Of a DNA stretch of 64,000 nt, positions 50,264-59,812 are shown one piece after another. Position numbers and translations under genes: made by a program. Source of the DNA: an uncultured candidate division Zixibacteria bacterium (GTDB taxonomy: Bacteria; Zixibacteria; MSB-5A5; GN15; FEB-12); the NCBI GenBank assembly GCA_963806185.1, contig CAWDXE010000001.1, positions 768,001 to 832,000 of the forward strand, written 5' to 3'. The stretch's first letter is position 1; every line of letters begins with the position of its first letter. The notes under the pieces are model-generated. The model worked only from the letters and a program-made list of their open reading frames with translations. It had not been told where the DNA came from and searched no databases.

Positions 50264-51379
50264 CTACTTCTCGCGCTTCTTCTTCCCCAAAAACACCACG
50301 CTCCAGTTGAACTCTTTTCCGAACCGCGCGATCTTCCAGAACTCGTCCACCGGCATGCTGATCGAACGCGCCTTACGCTTGTCCTCGTAATACCCGACAT
50401 ACGGATCGTGAAAAAACAGATGATCGTCGGCGTACCCTGTCACCACCACCCAGTGCGGCGCCTTCTCCCGAAATAGTCGATAGTAGCTGATCAGCACGAT
50501 CGGCACCATGTCCGCATTCAGCGCGTTGATCAGGTCGTCAAGAGTATACCGGTGATACTCGATTTCCGCCCCGGCCGCAATCGCCTGACGGCGCATCTCC
50601 TCATGTATGATCTTCACGATCTCCCGCTTGTCCGATCGCTTCACCTGCGTCAGAAACGGCACTCCCTCCTGGGCAATCACCGTGCGCACGGCGTACCCAC
50701 GGTTGCGCGCCGCCAGCGCCATGCCGGCCGAGTCACACCCCCCCAGCCCGGTGTTCATGAAAATCAACGTCGCGTCCTTCCAGATCATCAGTTCCAGCGC
50801 TCGATCCAGCTTCAGCTTCGGGTCAAGATATCCCATCGCCATCATCAAGCAGGCCGAACCACAGGTGAAGTCGGTCGTCTGCTCGAAGAAGGGCACATCC
50901 AGCATCACACTCGCCGCGTCCGATCGCCGGAGTTGCTTCCGCATCGACAGGGCATTGCACCCGTCTTCGTAATACCCCTCCAGCGTCCCCACCACCTGAT
51001 ACTTATGCTTCATATACAGGCTGATCGCCGTCTTGTTGTCGGCCCGCACCTCCAGCGCAATCAACTTACACCGGCGCACCAGCGCCGCCTGTTCGCACGT
51101 CTCGAGCAATACCCGCCCCAATCCCTGGCCGCGATGCGACGGATGTATCGCGATCGTGTAGAGACGCCCCATCGGCCCGTGCTCGCGCCAGAGCATCACC
51201 GCCGCACCCCTGAGATGGTCGCGTTCGCGAATGACAAACACCGACGCATTCGCGCGCGTCAACAGATATCGGTATTGATTGCGGGTAAATCGGTCGCTCG
51301 AGAAGGCGACCCCTTCAAGGTCCAGCAGAACGTCGAGATCGGCCAAGCTGGCGGTCTCCACCTGTGCCTGACGATCCAT
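50264..51379 (-). CDS. RimI-like GNAT fused to a peptidase C39-like (DUF3335-type) domain
   Basis: GNAT: RLYTIAI, RGQGLG, LEVRADN, YYEDG. Peptidase: QTTDFTCGSACLMMAM, PHWVVVTG, HDP. Confidence 0.9.
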   Translation of the reverse strand: MDRQAQVETASLADLDVLLDLEGVAFSSDRFTRNQYRYLLTRANASVFVIRERDHLRGAAVMLWREHGPMGRLYTIAIHPSHRGQGLGRVLLETCEQAALVRRCKLIALEVRADNKTAISLYMKHKYQVVGTLEGYYEDGCNALSMRKQLRRSDAASVMLDVPFFEQTTDFTCGSACLMMAMGYLDPKLKLDRALELMIWKDATLIFMNTGLGGCDSAGMALAARNRGYAVRTVIAQEGVPFLTQVKRSDKREIVKIIHEEMRRQAIAAGAEIEYHRYTLDDLINALNADMVPIVLISYYRLFREKAPHWVVVTGYADDHLFFHDPYVGYYEDKRKARSISMPVDEFWKIARFGKEFNWSVVFLGKKKREK

Positions 51380-51391
51380 AAGCCTTCCGTC

Positions 51392-52267
51392 CTATTCCAG
51401 CAGGAACCGCACCAGCTTCTCATAAATCTGCGGCGCGTTCTGATCTTCTTCCCCTGACCCGATCGTGGGGTTATCATTCACTTCGATAACGGTAAATTCG
51501 TCACCCACCTGCTTCAAGTCAACCCCATACAATCCGTACCCGATCGCCCGGGCTGCCTTGACCGCGGTCTCCAGAAGCAACGGGTCAACTTGATCCAGAT
51601 CATACCCCTTCACCGGCCCGTAGATTGTTCGTCCGTTCTCGGTGTAGGTCATGATCTTCCACCGCTTCTTCGGTATGCGGTACTGGCAGACATAGAACGG
51701 TTCGTTTCCCAGCACGCCGACGCGCCAGTCGAACTCCGACTGCACGAACTTCTGCGCCACCACTCGGTCGGCCCGGCGCAGGAATCGCTTGCCCACCCGG
51801 ACAAATTCCTGCGGCGAGTGTACCCGCTCAACATACATCGAAAACGAACTGTTCGGCGCCTTCATCACCAGGGGCGTCGAAAGCGTCTGCAGATAATGCT
51901 CTCCGAGCTCCAGCGTCAGATCCTTCTCTCCGAGGAACACCGTCTCCGGCATATTCACCTTGGCGTTGATCAGATGCCGGTACATGTTGATCTTGTCGCA
52001 GCAAATCACGATCGAATCCGGATCATCGATCACTCTCTTGCCGTGCATCTCGGCCAGCCGCGAGCAGACATACGACGTGTTCATCGGATCGGTCAACGCC
52101 CGGATGAAAATGGCGTCATATTCCGGCACCTTGTACAAGTCGGGACGGAACAGGAAGTCAACTCGGTGCCCCAGTTTGAGCGCCACCTGGCTCAACCGCA
52201 TCAGCGCGCCCATTTCCTCGGCCCGGCTGACGGTATACCGCTCGACAAAGACGCCTAAAGTTGCCAT
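51392..52267 (-). CDS. RimK family ATP-grasp ligase
   Basis: DAIFIR, VIDDP, CCDK, KAPNSSFS, FDWRVGVL, GLYGVDLK and VIEVNDNP. Start at ATG 52267. Confidence 0.92.
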   Translation of the reverse strand: MATLGVFVERYTVSRAEEMGALMRLSQVALKLGHRVDFLFRPDLYKVPEYDAIFIRALTDPMNTSYVCSRLAEMHGKRVIDDPDSIVICCDKINMYRHLINAKVNMPETVFLGEKDLTLELGEHYLQTLSTPLVMKAPNSSFSMYVERVHSPQEFVRVGKRFLRRADRVVAQKFVQSEFDWRVGVLGNEPFYVCQYRIPKKRWKIMTYTENGRTIYGPVKGYDLDQVDPLLLETAVKAARAIGYGLYGVDLKQVGDEFTVIEVNDNPTIGSGEEDQNAPQIYEKLVRFLLE

Positions 52268-53067
52268 GTGACCGACTTGTGAAGATGAATCAACTCGCGC
52301 GCGTTCAGTTTCTCGAACGGCAGCGACTGAAGGTTGGACAGTTGCATGCTCCCGTCGGCCAGCTGGACGACCCGCACCTGCGCCAGCGGCACGCGGTACA
52401 AACGCCAGATCGTTTCGGCCAGCGGACGGAACGGCGCCGGAATGCACCAGCCGAGAATCGACCGGAAATAGAGGATCTTCGCCCCCTCCGGCAGTTCCTG
52501 ACAACAGATGGCATAGGTGTTATTGCGCGTCATCGACTTTGCCACGCGCGACTGCGCCCCGGGCTTGAGCACGATACTCTGACGGGTCATAAACGGATTG
52601 AGCGAATCGACAATCACCGGCGGCTCGAAATACCCGTTGGTGATATAGAAATCAGGGACCGCCAACCCTGCCCGTTTCGCCTTTTCAAGCATCAGCGGCA
52701 CTACCGTGGCGTCCAGAATCTCTTTGCAGTTAGGCGCGATGGGCCGGTCGCTCGATTCATAGTCTTGCGACATATAGTACGCTGACCCCAGATAGTAGTA
52801 GTCGCCGCGGAGATTGACGTACGTTCCATCGGCGTCGAAATAGGCTATGTAGTGGTTTTCCAGAGCCAACTGATGGCTGGCGTGGCGGTGGCCGCCCTTA
52901 AGCTGTCGGGGTGCGTTGGGAATATACAAGCCGCCGGTCCGTGCCGCGTCGGTATACGGAGCCGGAGGCATAGGCATCGGTAACTCGTCCGATGCGCTGT
53001 CGTCCCGGGTTTCTCGTCGCAGCGACGTTTCGCCGCCGGACATATGGGATGTGTTATGCGTACTCAC
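52255..53067 (-). CDS. Stand-alone RimK-like ATP-grasp N-terminal (RLAN) domain protein (start uncertain)
   Basis: VNLRGDYYYLGSAYYMSQDYE...IAP resembles the RLAN NLxxxYxYLxxGYYxSxxAE pattern. Overlaps the ligase start. Confidence 0.75.
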   Translation of the reverse strand: MSTHNTSHMSGGETSLRRETRDDSASDELPMPMPPAPYTDAARTGGLYIPNAPRQLKGGHRHASHQLALENHYIAYFDADGTYVNLRGDYYYLGSAYYMSQDYESSDRPIAPNCKEILDATVVPLMLEKAKRAGLAVPDFYITNGYFEPPVIVDSLNPFMTRQSIVLKPGAQSRVAKSMTRNNTYAICCQELPEGAKILYFRSILGWCIPAPFRPLAETIWRLYRVPLAQVRVVQLADGSMQLSNLQSLPFEKLNARELIHLHKSVTWQL

Positions 53068-53163
53068 AAAATCTTTCCGCGCAATTAATCGGTTCAATGC
53101 GGTCTGTCAAGGCAAAGGTGCCCAAACTTCACACTTCTTCATATTTTAGATGGATTTGGCCGA

Positions 53164-53931
53164 TTAGTTCCGGCTATCTGACACGAGCAGTGTCGGCAGG
53201 CCGACCGTTATGGCATGGTAGAGGGTCAGCGCTTCTTCGGGCGGCATCACCAGCGTCAGCACCGGGTCGCCAAACGGACGGCTCAGCGTCTGACTCAAAT
53301 TCATTAGCTTATTCTTCACCGCGTCCTTTTCCTCCCCCTGGACACTGGTGCGAATCTCCAGAATCGGCCCGTCCTGCCACTGAAGCTGGAACCGCTCCGG
53401 AATCTCTCGCTGTAGAAGATCGGGCGACACCTTCACCACTTCGCCCACGATCTTCAGCACTGAATCCGGCGTCTTCTTCGCCGACGCAAACAGGTACTTA
53501 CGCGAAACCGGTCGGACCAGCGTGTAATCGTCCCCCAGGAAAGCGTCGACAAAATCGCCCGGATCCGGCTTCTCGATCGAATCCGGAACCAGCGGTGCGT
53601 TGAAGATTACCGCCCCCTTAAGCATCAGACGAACCTGCTTCCGGATCACATTGATTTCCAGGTACGGCTTTTCCGATTGTGCCAGTTTGAGCTCGTGCTG
53701 CAGGAACCGATATTCTGTTGCAGCCGACTTCTCGTCAAACGGCTGATTATCCTGCTTGGCGGCGTTCTTGTTGGCTTTGGTTGGCTTGGCGGACTTCACC
53801 GCGGGCGCCGGCTCAGTTTTCGGACTGGCTTCAGAGTTGTCCGAACCGCACGACAGCCCGGCGGTCATTACGGCCACTGCCATACCGAGCAACAGCAGAT
53901 GCTTTGTCCGGATGATCCGGTCAGAATACAT
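53164..53931 (-). CDS. Putative lipoprotein with a degenerate L,D-transpeptidase-like fold
   Basis: Signal peptide with LSC. YLEINVIRKQVRL and MPPEEALTLY...VGLPTLL mirror the YkuD ends, but the HG..GC motif is absent. Overlaps the upstream LDT stop. Confidence 0.65.
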   Translation of the reverse strand: MYSDRIIRTKHLLLLGMAVAVMTAGLSCGSDNSEASPKTEPAPAVKSAKPTKANKNAAKQDNQPFDEKSAATEYRFLQHELKLAQSEKPYLEINVIRKQVRLMLKGAVIFNAPLVPDSIEKPDPGDFVDAFLGDDYTLVRPVSRKYLFASAKKTPDSVLKIVGEVVKVSPDLLQREIPERFQLQWQDGPILEIRTSVQGEEKDAVKNKLMNLSQTLSRPFGDPVLTLVMPPEEALTLYHAITVGLPTLLVSDSRN

Positions 53932-54565
53932 AGACAGGCGTTCCGATCGGCACTTTTTTGTACAGTCGATCCAAATCTTCTGCACCCATGCGCACACAGC
54001 CGTGAGTGACATTGATTCCCAGCAAGCGCTCGTAGATAGTCCCATGAATGAAGTAACCGTCACCAAAACCCATGGCATAGTCGCCCATCATGTTGCCGTC
54101 GAGTCGCTCCTTGTCATTCTTCGGTATCGTCTCGCCCTCCTCGATGAACGCCCAGTCCGGTTTACGCCACCAGGGATCGGCTATCTTGCTGGATATTTTG
54201 AATACGCCATGCGGCGTCATAAATGACCATTTCCGCCCCGACGCACTGTCGATCAATTCGCCCCCCGATCCGGCTGAGCACTGGCCGACCAGGAGAACCG
54301 AGTCTTCCGTGCGCAAGTACACTTTGTTGGCGTGGGTGTTGATCACGATATACGGCTGCTTCGGTAGCAACTTGTCGTACGTCTTCCTGGCGTTCTTCAG
54401 TTCCTTCTGCGCCGTTGTCCGATCTGCAGGCAGCGTCACGCTCGCCGGAATGAGGTCCGGAGGCAACGAGACTCTCTCTACCCTGTTGACCTTCACGACA
54501 ATCACCACCAGCGCGATCAGCGCCAGCGCGACCAGCGAGCCGAGAATGATCCAAATCTTCTTCAT
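53921..54565 (-). CDS. Membrane-anchored L,D-transpeptidase (YkuD family)
   Basis: TM anchor; TPHGVF, DPWW, IHGT, THGCVRM and IGTPVYV. Confidence 0.93.
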   Translation of the reverse strand: MKKIWIILGSLVALALIALVVIVVKVNRVERVSLPPDLIPASVTLPADRTTAQKELKNARKTYDKLLPKQPYIVINTHANKVYLRTEDSVLLVGQCSAGSGGELIDSASGRKWSFMTPHGVFKISSKIADPWWRKPDWAFIEEGETIPKNDKERLDGNMMGDYAMGFGDGYFIHGTIYERLLGINVTHGCVRMGAEDLDRLYKKVPIGTPVYVF

Positions 54566-55640
54566 CGTAGTATGGTGGCTTTCCGAACTATGGTCACCGG
54601 CGTGCCCGCCGTGACATAGGTCATCAAATGATCCATATCCTTATTAGTCAGCGCCACACACCCTTCTGTCCAGTCTTTTCCGCGACCGCCATCGCCGTGA
54701 ATTTCAATCAGTCCCCCGATACCGGCACGCTGCGAAATGACTCCCCGCTGCTTATTCTCCCTAAACCGCATCCGGTCGTTTTCGTTCGGGTAGTTAATGA
54801 GCAAAGCTTTATAGTACTTACTGCCGGTCGGCCGAACCTTGGTCACTCGGTACTTCCCCTCCGGCGTCGCCCCGTCACCGGAAGCCAGCTTCTGATCCCC
54901 CGGATTGTGCCCCAGTTCGCAGTCGTACGTCTTGATTCGCTTGCCTGATCGCACTAAATACATCTTGTGCTGCGACTTATCAACGATGACGGCATACGTT
55001 CCGGATGACTGCGACTCGTCCAAAGTCTCCTCAACCCACCGGTTCCAGACCGCAACCTTCTTGTCTTCCTCCTCTCGATAGGCCTCGTGGAGGTCAACCA
55101 TCCGCTGGAGCTGATACTTGCCCTTATTCACCGCGTCGATCGCTTCGTTAAACTCCGCTTTCGCTGCCAGACTCTGACTGATGCGCAAATAGAACTCGGC
55201 TCGACTACAGAGCTGCTCCAGCCGGTTGCGCACCAGTGAACTGTTCATCGGGTCACGTGCGTCTTGATCGCCCGGCGCAATTCATTGGAGCCGGCAAAGT
55301 ACCTCTCGTGAATTCCAGTGACACTGTCGCGCGCCGCCGTCTTGGCCTGGACAGCCGTAGCACTTGCCAGCCGAAGCAGTGAATCAGCTACCCGGTAATC
55401 GCGGAGAAAACCGAGTCGTCCGTTCTGACGGGCGATTTCCATCCACCCGTTCTGCACGAGTTGTTCGGCGGTCCGATACGAACGCTCCGCATAGCGCAAA
55501 GCACCCGCATCAGCCGCCAGCTTGACCTCGTTCTTGGCCGATTCCAGCAGACCGGTCGGCGGATTGTCGCAGCCGGTCAGACCAAAAAAAAGCGCCCCGA
55601 TCAGCGCCAGCCCCACCAGGTTGTGGGCGTGGGTTCTCAT
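54562..55640 (-). CDS. Lipoprotein with a helical DUF4398-like N-domain and a C-terminal L,D-transpeptidase domain; one gene with an indel near 55260, or two coupled ORFs
   Basis: Lipobox LTGC; C-terminal VDKS, GDGATPEG, INYPN, IEIHG and WTEGCVAL. The second frame is open upstream of ATG 55248 (DARDPMNSS). Confidence 0.8.
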
Positions 55641-55686
55641 CATTTCCTTCGTATCCTCTATTCACGTTTTTGGCGCCCTAAAGTGC

Positions 55687-55719
55687 CACGAGAGCCGGAC
55701 AACTGATCCGGCCCTCGTG
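55687..55719 (-). terminator. Strong hairpin between the helical lipoprotein gene and the LDT genes (terminator or mRNA stabiliser)
   Basis: Minus strand CACGAGGGCCGGA-TCAGTTG-TCCGGCTCTCGTG, then GCACTTT. Confidence 0.7.
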
Positions 55720-55752
55720 CTAAATAATCGGATGTATCGTCGGGGAGTTTAC

Positions 55753-56353
55753 TTACTTCGCCGGCCTTTTTAGCGACAGCGTTGGCAATTTCCGTCTGGA
55801 TGCTGGTCGCCTGTTGCATGACTGCTTCGAGCTTGCCGCGGGCAGACATATACTTGCCACCGTCGTAGTCGGCCTTCGCCTGATCAAAGGCCGACTGGAC
55901 ACCGGCCAGATCGCTCTTGATCAGTTCGATGTCAGCCTTGTTCCCCTTGCCGACTGGGGCCTTGGCTAGCACTTTACCGGTCGAGTCAATCGCCGCCTGA
56001 GCGGTGGTCAGCATTTCCATAACCTGGACGCGAACCTTTTCCTTCTCAGTCTCAGCCTGGCCGGCCGCTGCCTTCGCCAAACCCTCGGCCTGTACGAACA
56101 TCTCTTTCGACTTGCCGTAGCTGCGGAAGAGCGCGAACTTGCCGTCCTGAGTGGTCTTCTCAGCATTCGCCGCGTTCAACGAATCGGTCGCTTTACGCAG
56201 CGCATCGGGAGCATACAGCTCCGCTTCAGCGGTACGGGCGACTTCGATCGCCGCGTTTGCCGCGTTGATTTCAGCTTCCGGGGGTTTGCTGCAGCCGGCA
56301 ATTACTACCAGAAGCGCAAAGACCACAAGAAGTGCTGAAACTCGCTTGGTCAT
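55753..56353 (-). CDS. Ala/Lys-rich all-helical lipoprotein (DUF4398-like); probable true stop TAA at 55753 after a 1-nt indel
   Basis: MTKRVSALLVVFALLVVIAGC lipobox and AAGGA RBS. The 3' end reads GCT AAA AAG GCC GGC (G) AAG TAA. The uncorrected frame runs through the hairpin to 55658. Confidence 0.85.
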
Positions 56354-56552
56354 TGATGCATTCCTTTCCGCCTGACTCTCATCAGGTCTCTCCTCGGGCT
56401 GGCTCCAGTGAAACACACCCCGCCGCCGTGAGGAATTGTTCCCAGTTAGTTGATTGTCTGTTCTCGTTGCCGCGCCTGGTTGCGCTGCTCGTCCTTTCAC
56501 TATCGCCCAGGAAAGACTACAATTCTCTACGCTGGACATTTTGAAGGCACAA

Positions 56553-56592
56553 ATAATCGGAGTTCTACTTCCTTTGTCAACGCATTTTTTTT
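56553..56592 (-). promoter_or_regulatory. Candidate sigma70 promoter with A-tract for the lipoprotein-LDT unit
   Basis: Minus strand A8-TGCG-TTGACA-N16-GATTAT. Confidence 0.45.
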
Positions 56593-56992
56593 ATTCTCCA
56601 TTCCGTTCGTGACTCCGCTTGTCCAGAAACACAAATCAGGACTCGCCGGCCCGTAAATTCTCCCCGAAAACGCTACAACACTTTGATCGCCAACGCATTA
56701 GACGGTCACCGAACCACTCGTGCCAACTCTCCAATTTTCTTGAACATGGACACGAAATTCCATTATGCCACCCCGGCGGACATCCGAATAAGCCCTGAAT
56801 CCTCTCCGTTTCGTGAAAAGATGCACAAACACCTTTCGCACCCTGTGCAAAATCGGACACCTCCTACGCTAACGCCGTACTTACCTTCGACGATACAAGT
56901 CCACTAACGGGGACCTCCGGACCTCGTTCGCAGGTCCTCCCACGTGAGGAATGACTACTCTGAGGACCATCTAAAACGTAGGAGGGGGAATC

Positions 56993-58458
56993 ATGCCTAC
57001 CAAGTTCGCGTGCGCCGTATTGGTCGTTGCGTAGTCTCGTCCTGACACCGTGCCTGCCGCCCAGGACTTTCAGAAATTGCTCGAGGCCGTCGACCGCATC
57101 GATCAGAACCTGAGGGCCCTGGTCAACGACGAGGCGGCCACCGCACCAAGGATGTCACGGCTCTGAAGAAGGAAATCACCGGTTAAAGACCGGCGACCCG
57201 ACAGCTTCCGGCAATCATTGCCCGATTCCACCTACGCTCTCTGCAGAAGCAGATCGACGATCTGCGGGCGCAATTGGCTGCTGCCTCCGGCACCGGCTCA
57301 GTCTCTGCCGCCGGCGGCGACATCCCGGCAATGGTCACCGAAATCGCCCAACTGAAAGCCGAAACCAAGTACCTGCGGGGCCTGGTCGAACAGAATGCCA
57401 AACAACTGGCGTCACTGGATGACGAGGACGCGATGAGCCTCGGCGCACCGGACGCCAGCCCTCAGTTTGCCGAACTGACCGATCGGATCACCACGCTCAA
57501 TACCAACGTCGAAAAGTACATCAGCGACCGGAAGAGCGAGAACAAGAATCGCCCGACGGTGAACAAAGGCGACGTTGTGTTCAGCGGCCTGCTCCACCAG
57601 CAGTTTTATACGTCGCAGGATCAGACCCAGCGCTCGACCTTCGACACCAAGCGTTGCCGTTTCGGCGCCAAGGGAACAGTCAACCAGTACGCCAAAGTCG
57701 AGATCGTCGGAGAATTCGCCCGTAGCGTCAAATTGCTCGAAGGGTATTTGAGCTTGTCGCCGAGTTCGCGCTGGACCCTGACCGTCGGTCAGACCCGCCC
57801 GACCTTCGGCACTGACTTCAACCGCGCCGCGGCCAACATGATGTTCGTGACTACCGCGTTGTCCACCGCTCTCGGCTCCGACCGCGATATCGGCGCCTCG
57901 GTAAGCTACGCGGCTCCGGCCGCGCCGGACGTCAACATTATCGCCAGCACAGGCGTCTGGAATGGTTCAGGTATCAACGCTGCTGACAAGAACAGCGACA
58001 AGAATATCGTGTCACGCTTCGAAATCCAGGCCAAGAAGACCTGGACTGTTGCTGCTAACACGATCTTCGGCCAGACTAACGACACCGGCATGGCTCGCCA
58101 GACGATTAAGACGTACGGCGGCTCGATCAACTGGACAAAGGGCATGAATACGCTCGAAGGTGAGTACATCTTCTCGAAAGTCGGCTCGACCGAGAAGCAG
58201 GGATGGTATCTCTGGGGTGGCCACACCTTCGTGACCAAATCAAAGGTAGTACCCGAGGTTCAGCCGATGTTTCGCTATGAGCAGTACGATAAGGACGTTA
58301 ACGTGCCTTCCAATCGTGTCGATCGCATCACGCTGGGCACGAATCTGTATATTGACAAGAAGTTCACCAAGATTCAGTTGAACTATCAGTTGATCAATGA
58401 ACAGGGCACGGAAACCAACAACGACGAGTTCCTCGTCAATTTGCAGGTAGCGTTCTAA
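56993..58458 (+). CDS. Outer-membrane porin (OprO/OprP-like) with a long N-terminal coiled coil; 5' part disrupted by indels
   Basis: AGGAGG RBS and ATG 56993. The intact frame 57274-58458 has FDTKRCRFG, GQTRPTF, RDIG, amphipathic strands and a terminal LQVAF. Confidence 0.8.
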
Positions 58459-58484
58459 AAGCGAACGAATACTGATGTTTTAAT

Positions 58485-59095
58485 GACCGGCGTACGTCTC
58501 GTGCGCCGGCCATCTTATATTCCCCACATCATCACCAGGATAGTCATGCTGAAGCCGCTTCTTAGCGCGCTTCAGCATCTCGATGTGCACCAAATCGTCA
58601 TACAGGTCATCGCGAGGCTCGCTTCGAGCCGTGGCGATCCTTCAGCTCTCTTTGTAGGTCGAAACCCTTGTGGTTTCGACCTGGGACAGAGCAATTCCCA
58701 AAGTCGACTCGACTCGCACTGAGCCTTCCCTTCATCGCACTGAACCCTTCAGGGAGAGGGGGCAGGGGTGAGGGCCAGTGGAGAGCGTGACTTTGTTGTG
58801 TCGGGCACAGAGGAGGGTAGGTCAAAACCCCTGTGGTTTTGACAGTGAGGATCAGAAATGTCATTCAATGGCTGGCGTACGTCTCGTGCGCCAGCCGCAT
58901 TTTGTGCTTTCTGTCCCCAAATCTGACTGTGCAGTGACTTGAAGTAGGGCAGCATCGATGCCCGTCGCAGACGGGCGGATGCTGCCGAGGTGGTCCCTGT
59001 ATGCCGGACGGCAGCACCCGCTCGAAGACTCGCATCGGTGCTGCCCTACATGCCGGCTGTCGTAGGTCAGGGGCCTTGCGCCCCTGACGAACTCC
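58485..59095. repeat. Mosaic cluster of REP-like palindromes (cluster 3)
   Basis: GGCGTACGTCTCGTGCGCC at 58489 and 58874; GTCATGCTGAA + GTCATCGCGAG module at 58543-58640; GTAGGTC hairpins at 58654, 58817 and 59062; inverted GTAGGGCAGCA pair at 58944-59049. Confidence 0.85.
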
Positions 59096-59119
59096 TCTAG
59101 ATCGTCACTCGTCGAGTAT

Positions 59120-59812
59120 TCACTTCCCCGACGCCGGCTTCCCTTCAAATAGCGGCTTCCATACCAGTGCCGCGATTACCCCGCCAATTATCGGCGCCAC
59201 AATAAACAGCCAGACCTGCGCCAACGCATCACCACCGACCAGCAACGCCGGGCCGATACTCCGCGCCGGGTTGACCGATGTACCGGTGATCGGGATACCT
59301 ACCAGGTGAATGAACACCAGCGTCAGACCAATTGACACGCCCGCAAACCCCTTGGGGGCGTCTTTGTGGGTGGCGCCAAAGATGGCGAAGAGAAACAGGA
59401 AAGTCAGAACGACCTCGGCCACAAAACAGGCCAGCATGGAATACCCATCCGGCGAATGCAGCCCGTACCCGTTCTGACCGAGTCCGCCGATATCGACGGA
59501 GTACCCTGCTTTTCCCATGGCGATAAACATGAGCACGGACGCGGCGACAATCGCGCCCACACACTGGGCGACGATATACCCGATCGCATCCTTACCGCTG
59601 ATCTTACCGGCGGTCAGCATCGCCACGGTAATCGCCGGATTTATGTGACAACCGGAAATCGGCCCGATGGCGTAGACCATCGCCAACACCGCTAGTCCAA
59701 AGGCCATCGAGATGCCCACAAATCCGATGTGCGCGCCGGCAATGGCGGCGCTTCCACACCCGATCAATACAAGGGCAAAGGTTCCGATTAGTTCTGCCAG
59801 ATACTTTTTCAT
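59120..59812 (-). CDS. aqpZ: Aquaporin Z
   Basis: AELIGTF, ISGCHINPA, NGYGxHSP and TSVNPARS. Confidence 0.95.
   Translation of the reverse strand: MKKYLAELIGTFALVLIGCGSAAIAGAHIGFVGISMAFGLAVLAMVYAIGPISGCHINPAITVAMLTAGKISGKDAIGYIVAQCVGAIVAASVLMFIAMGKAGYSVDIGGLGQNGYGLHSPDGYSMLACFVAEVVLTFLFLFAIFGATHKDAPKGFAGVSIGLTLVFIHLVGIPITGTSVNPARSIGPALLVGGDALAQVWLFIVAPIIGGVIAALVWKPLFEGKPASGK

Noticed and set aside
55658..55752. C-terminal extension EVSKLPDD...QKRE of the helical lipoprotein
   Set aside because: Its composition breaks from the helical pattern and it runs through a strong hairpin. It is treated as read-through from a probable 1-nt insertion, which is not proven.
56708..56727. Sigma54 promoter TTGGCACG on the minus strand
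   Set aside because: The -12 position reads TC instead of GC, so support is insufficient.
57030..57190. In-frame TAG/TAA in the porin 5' region (and TGA in rnhB) as recoding or an alternative genetic code
   Set aside because: All three stop codons end ordinary genes in this window, and these cases lie in indel-rich patches.
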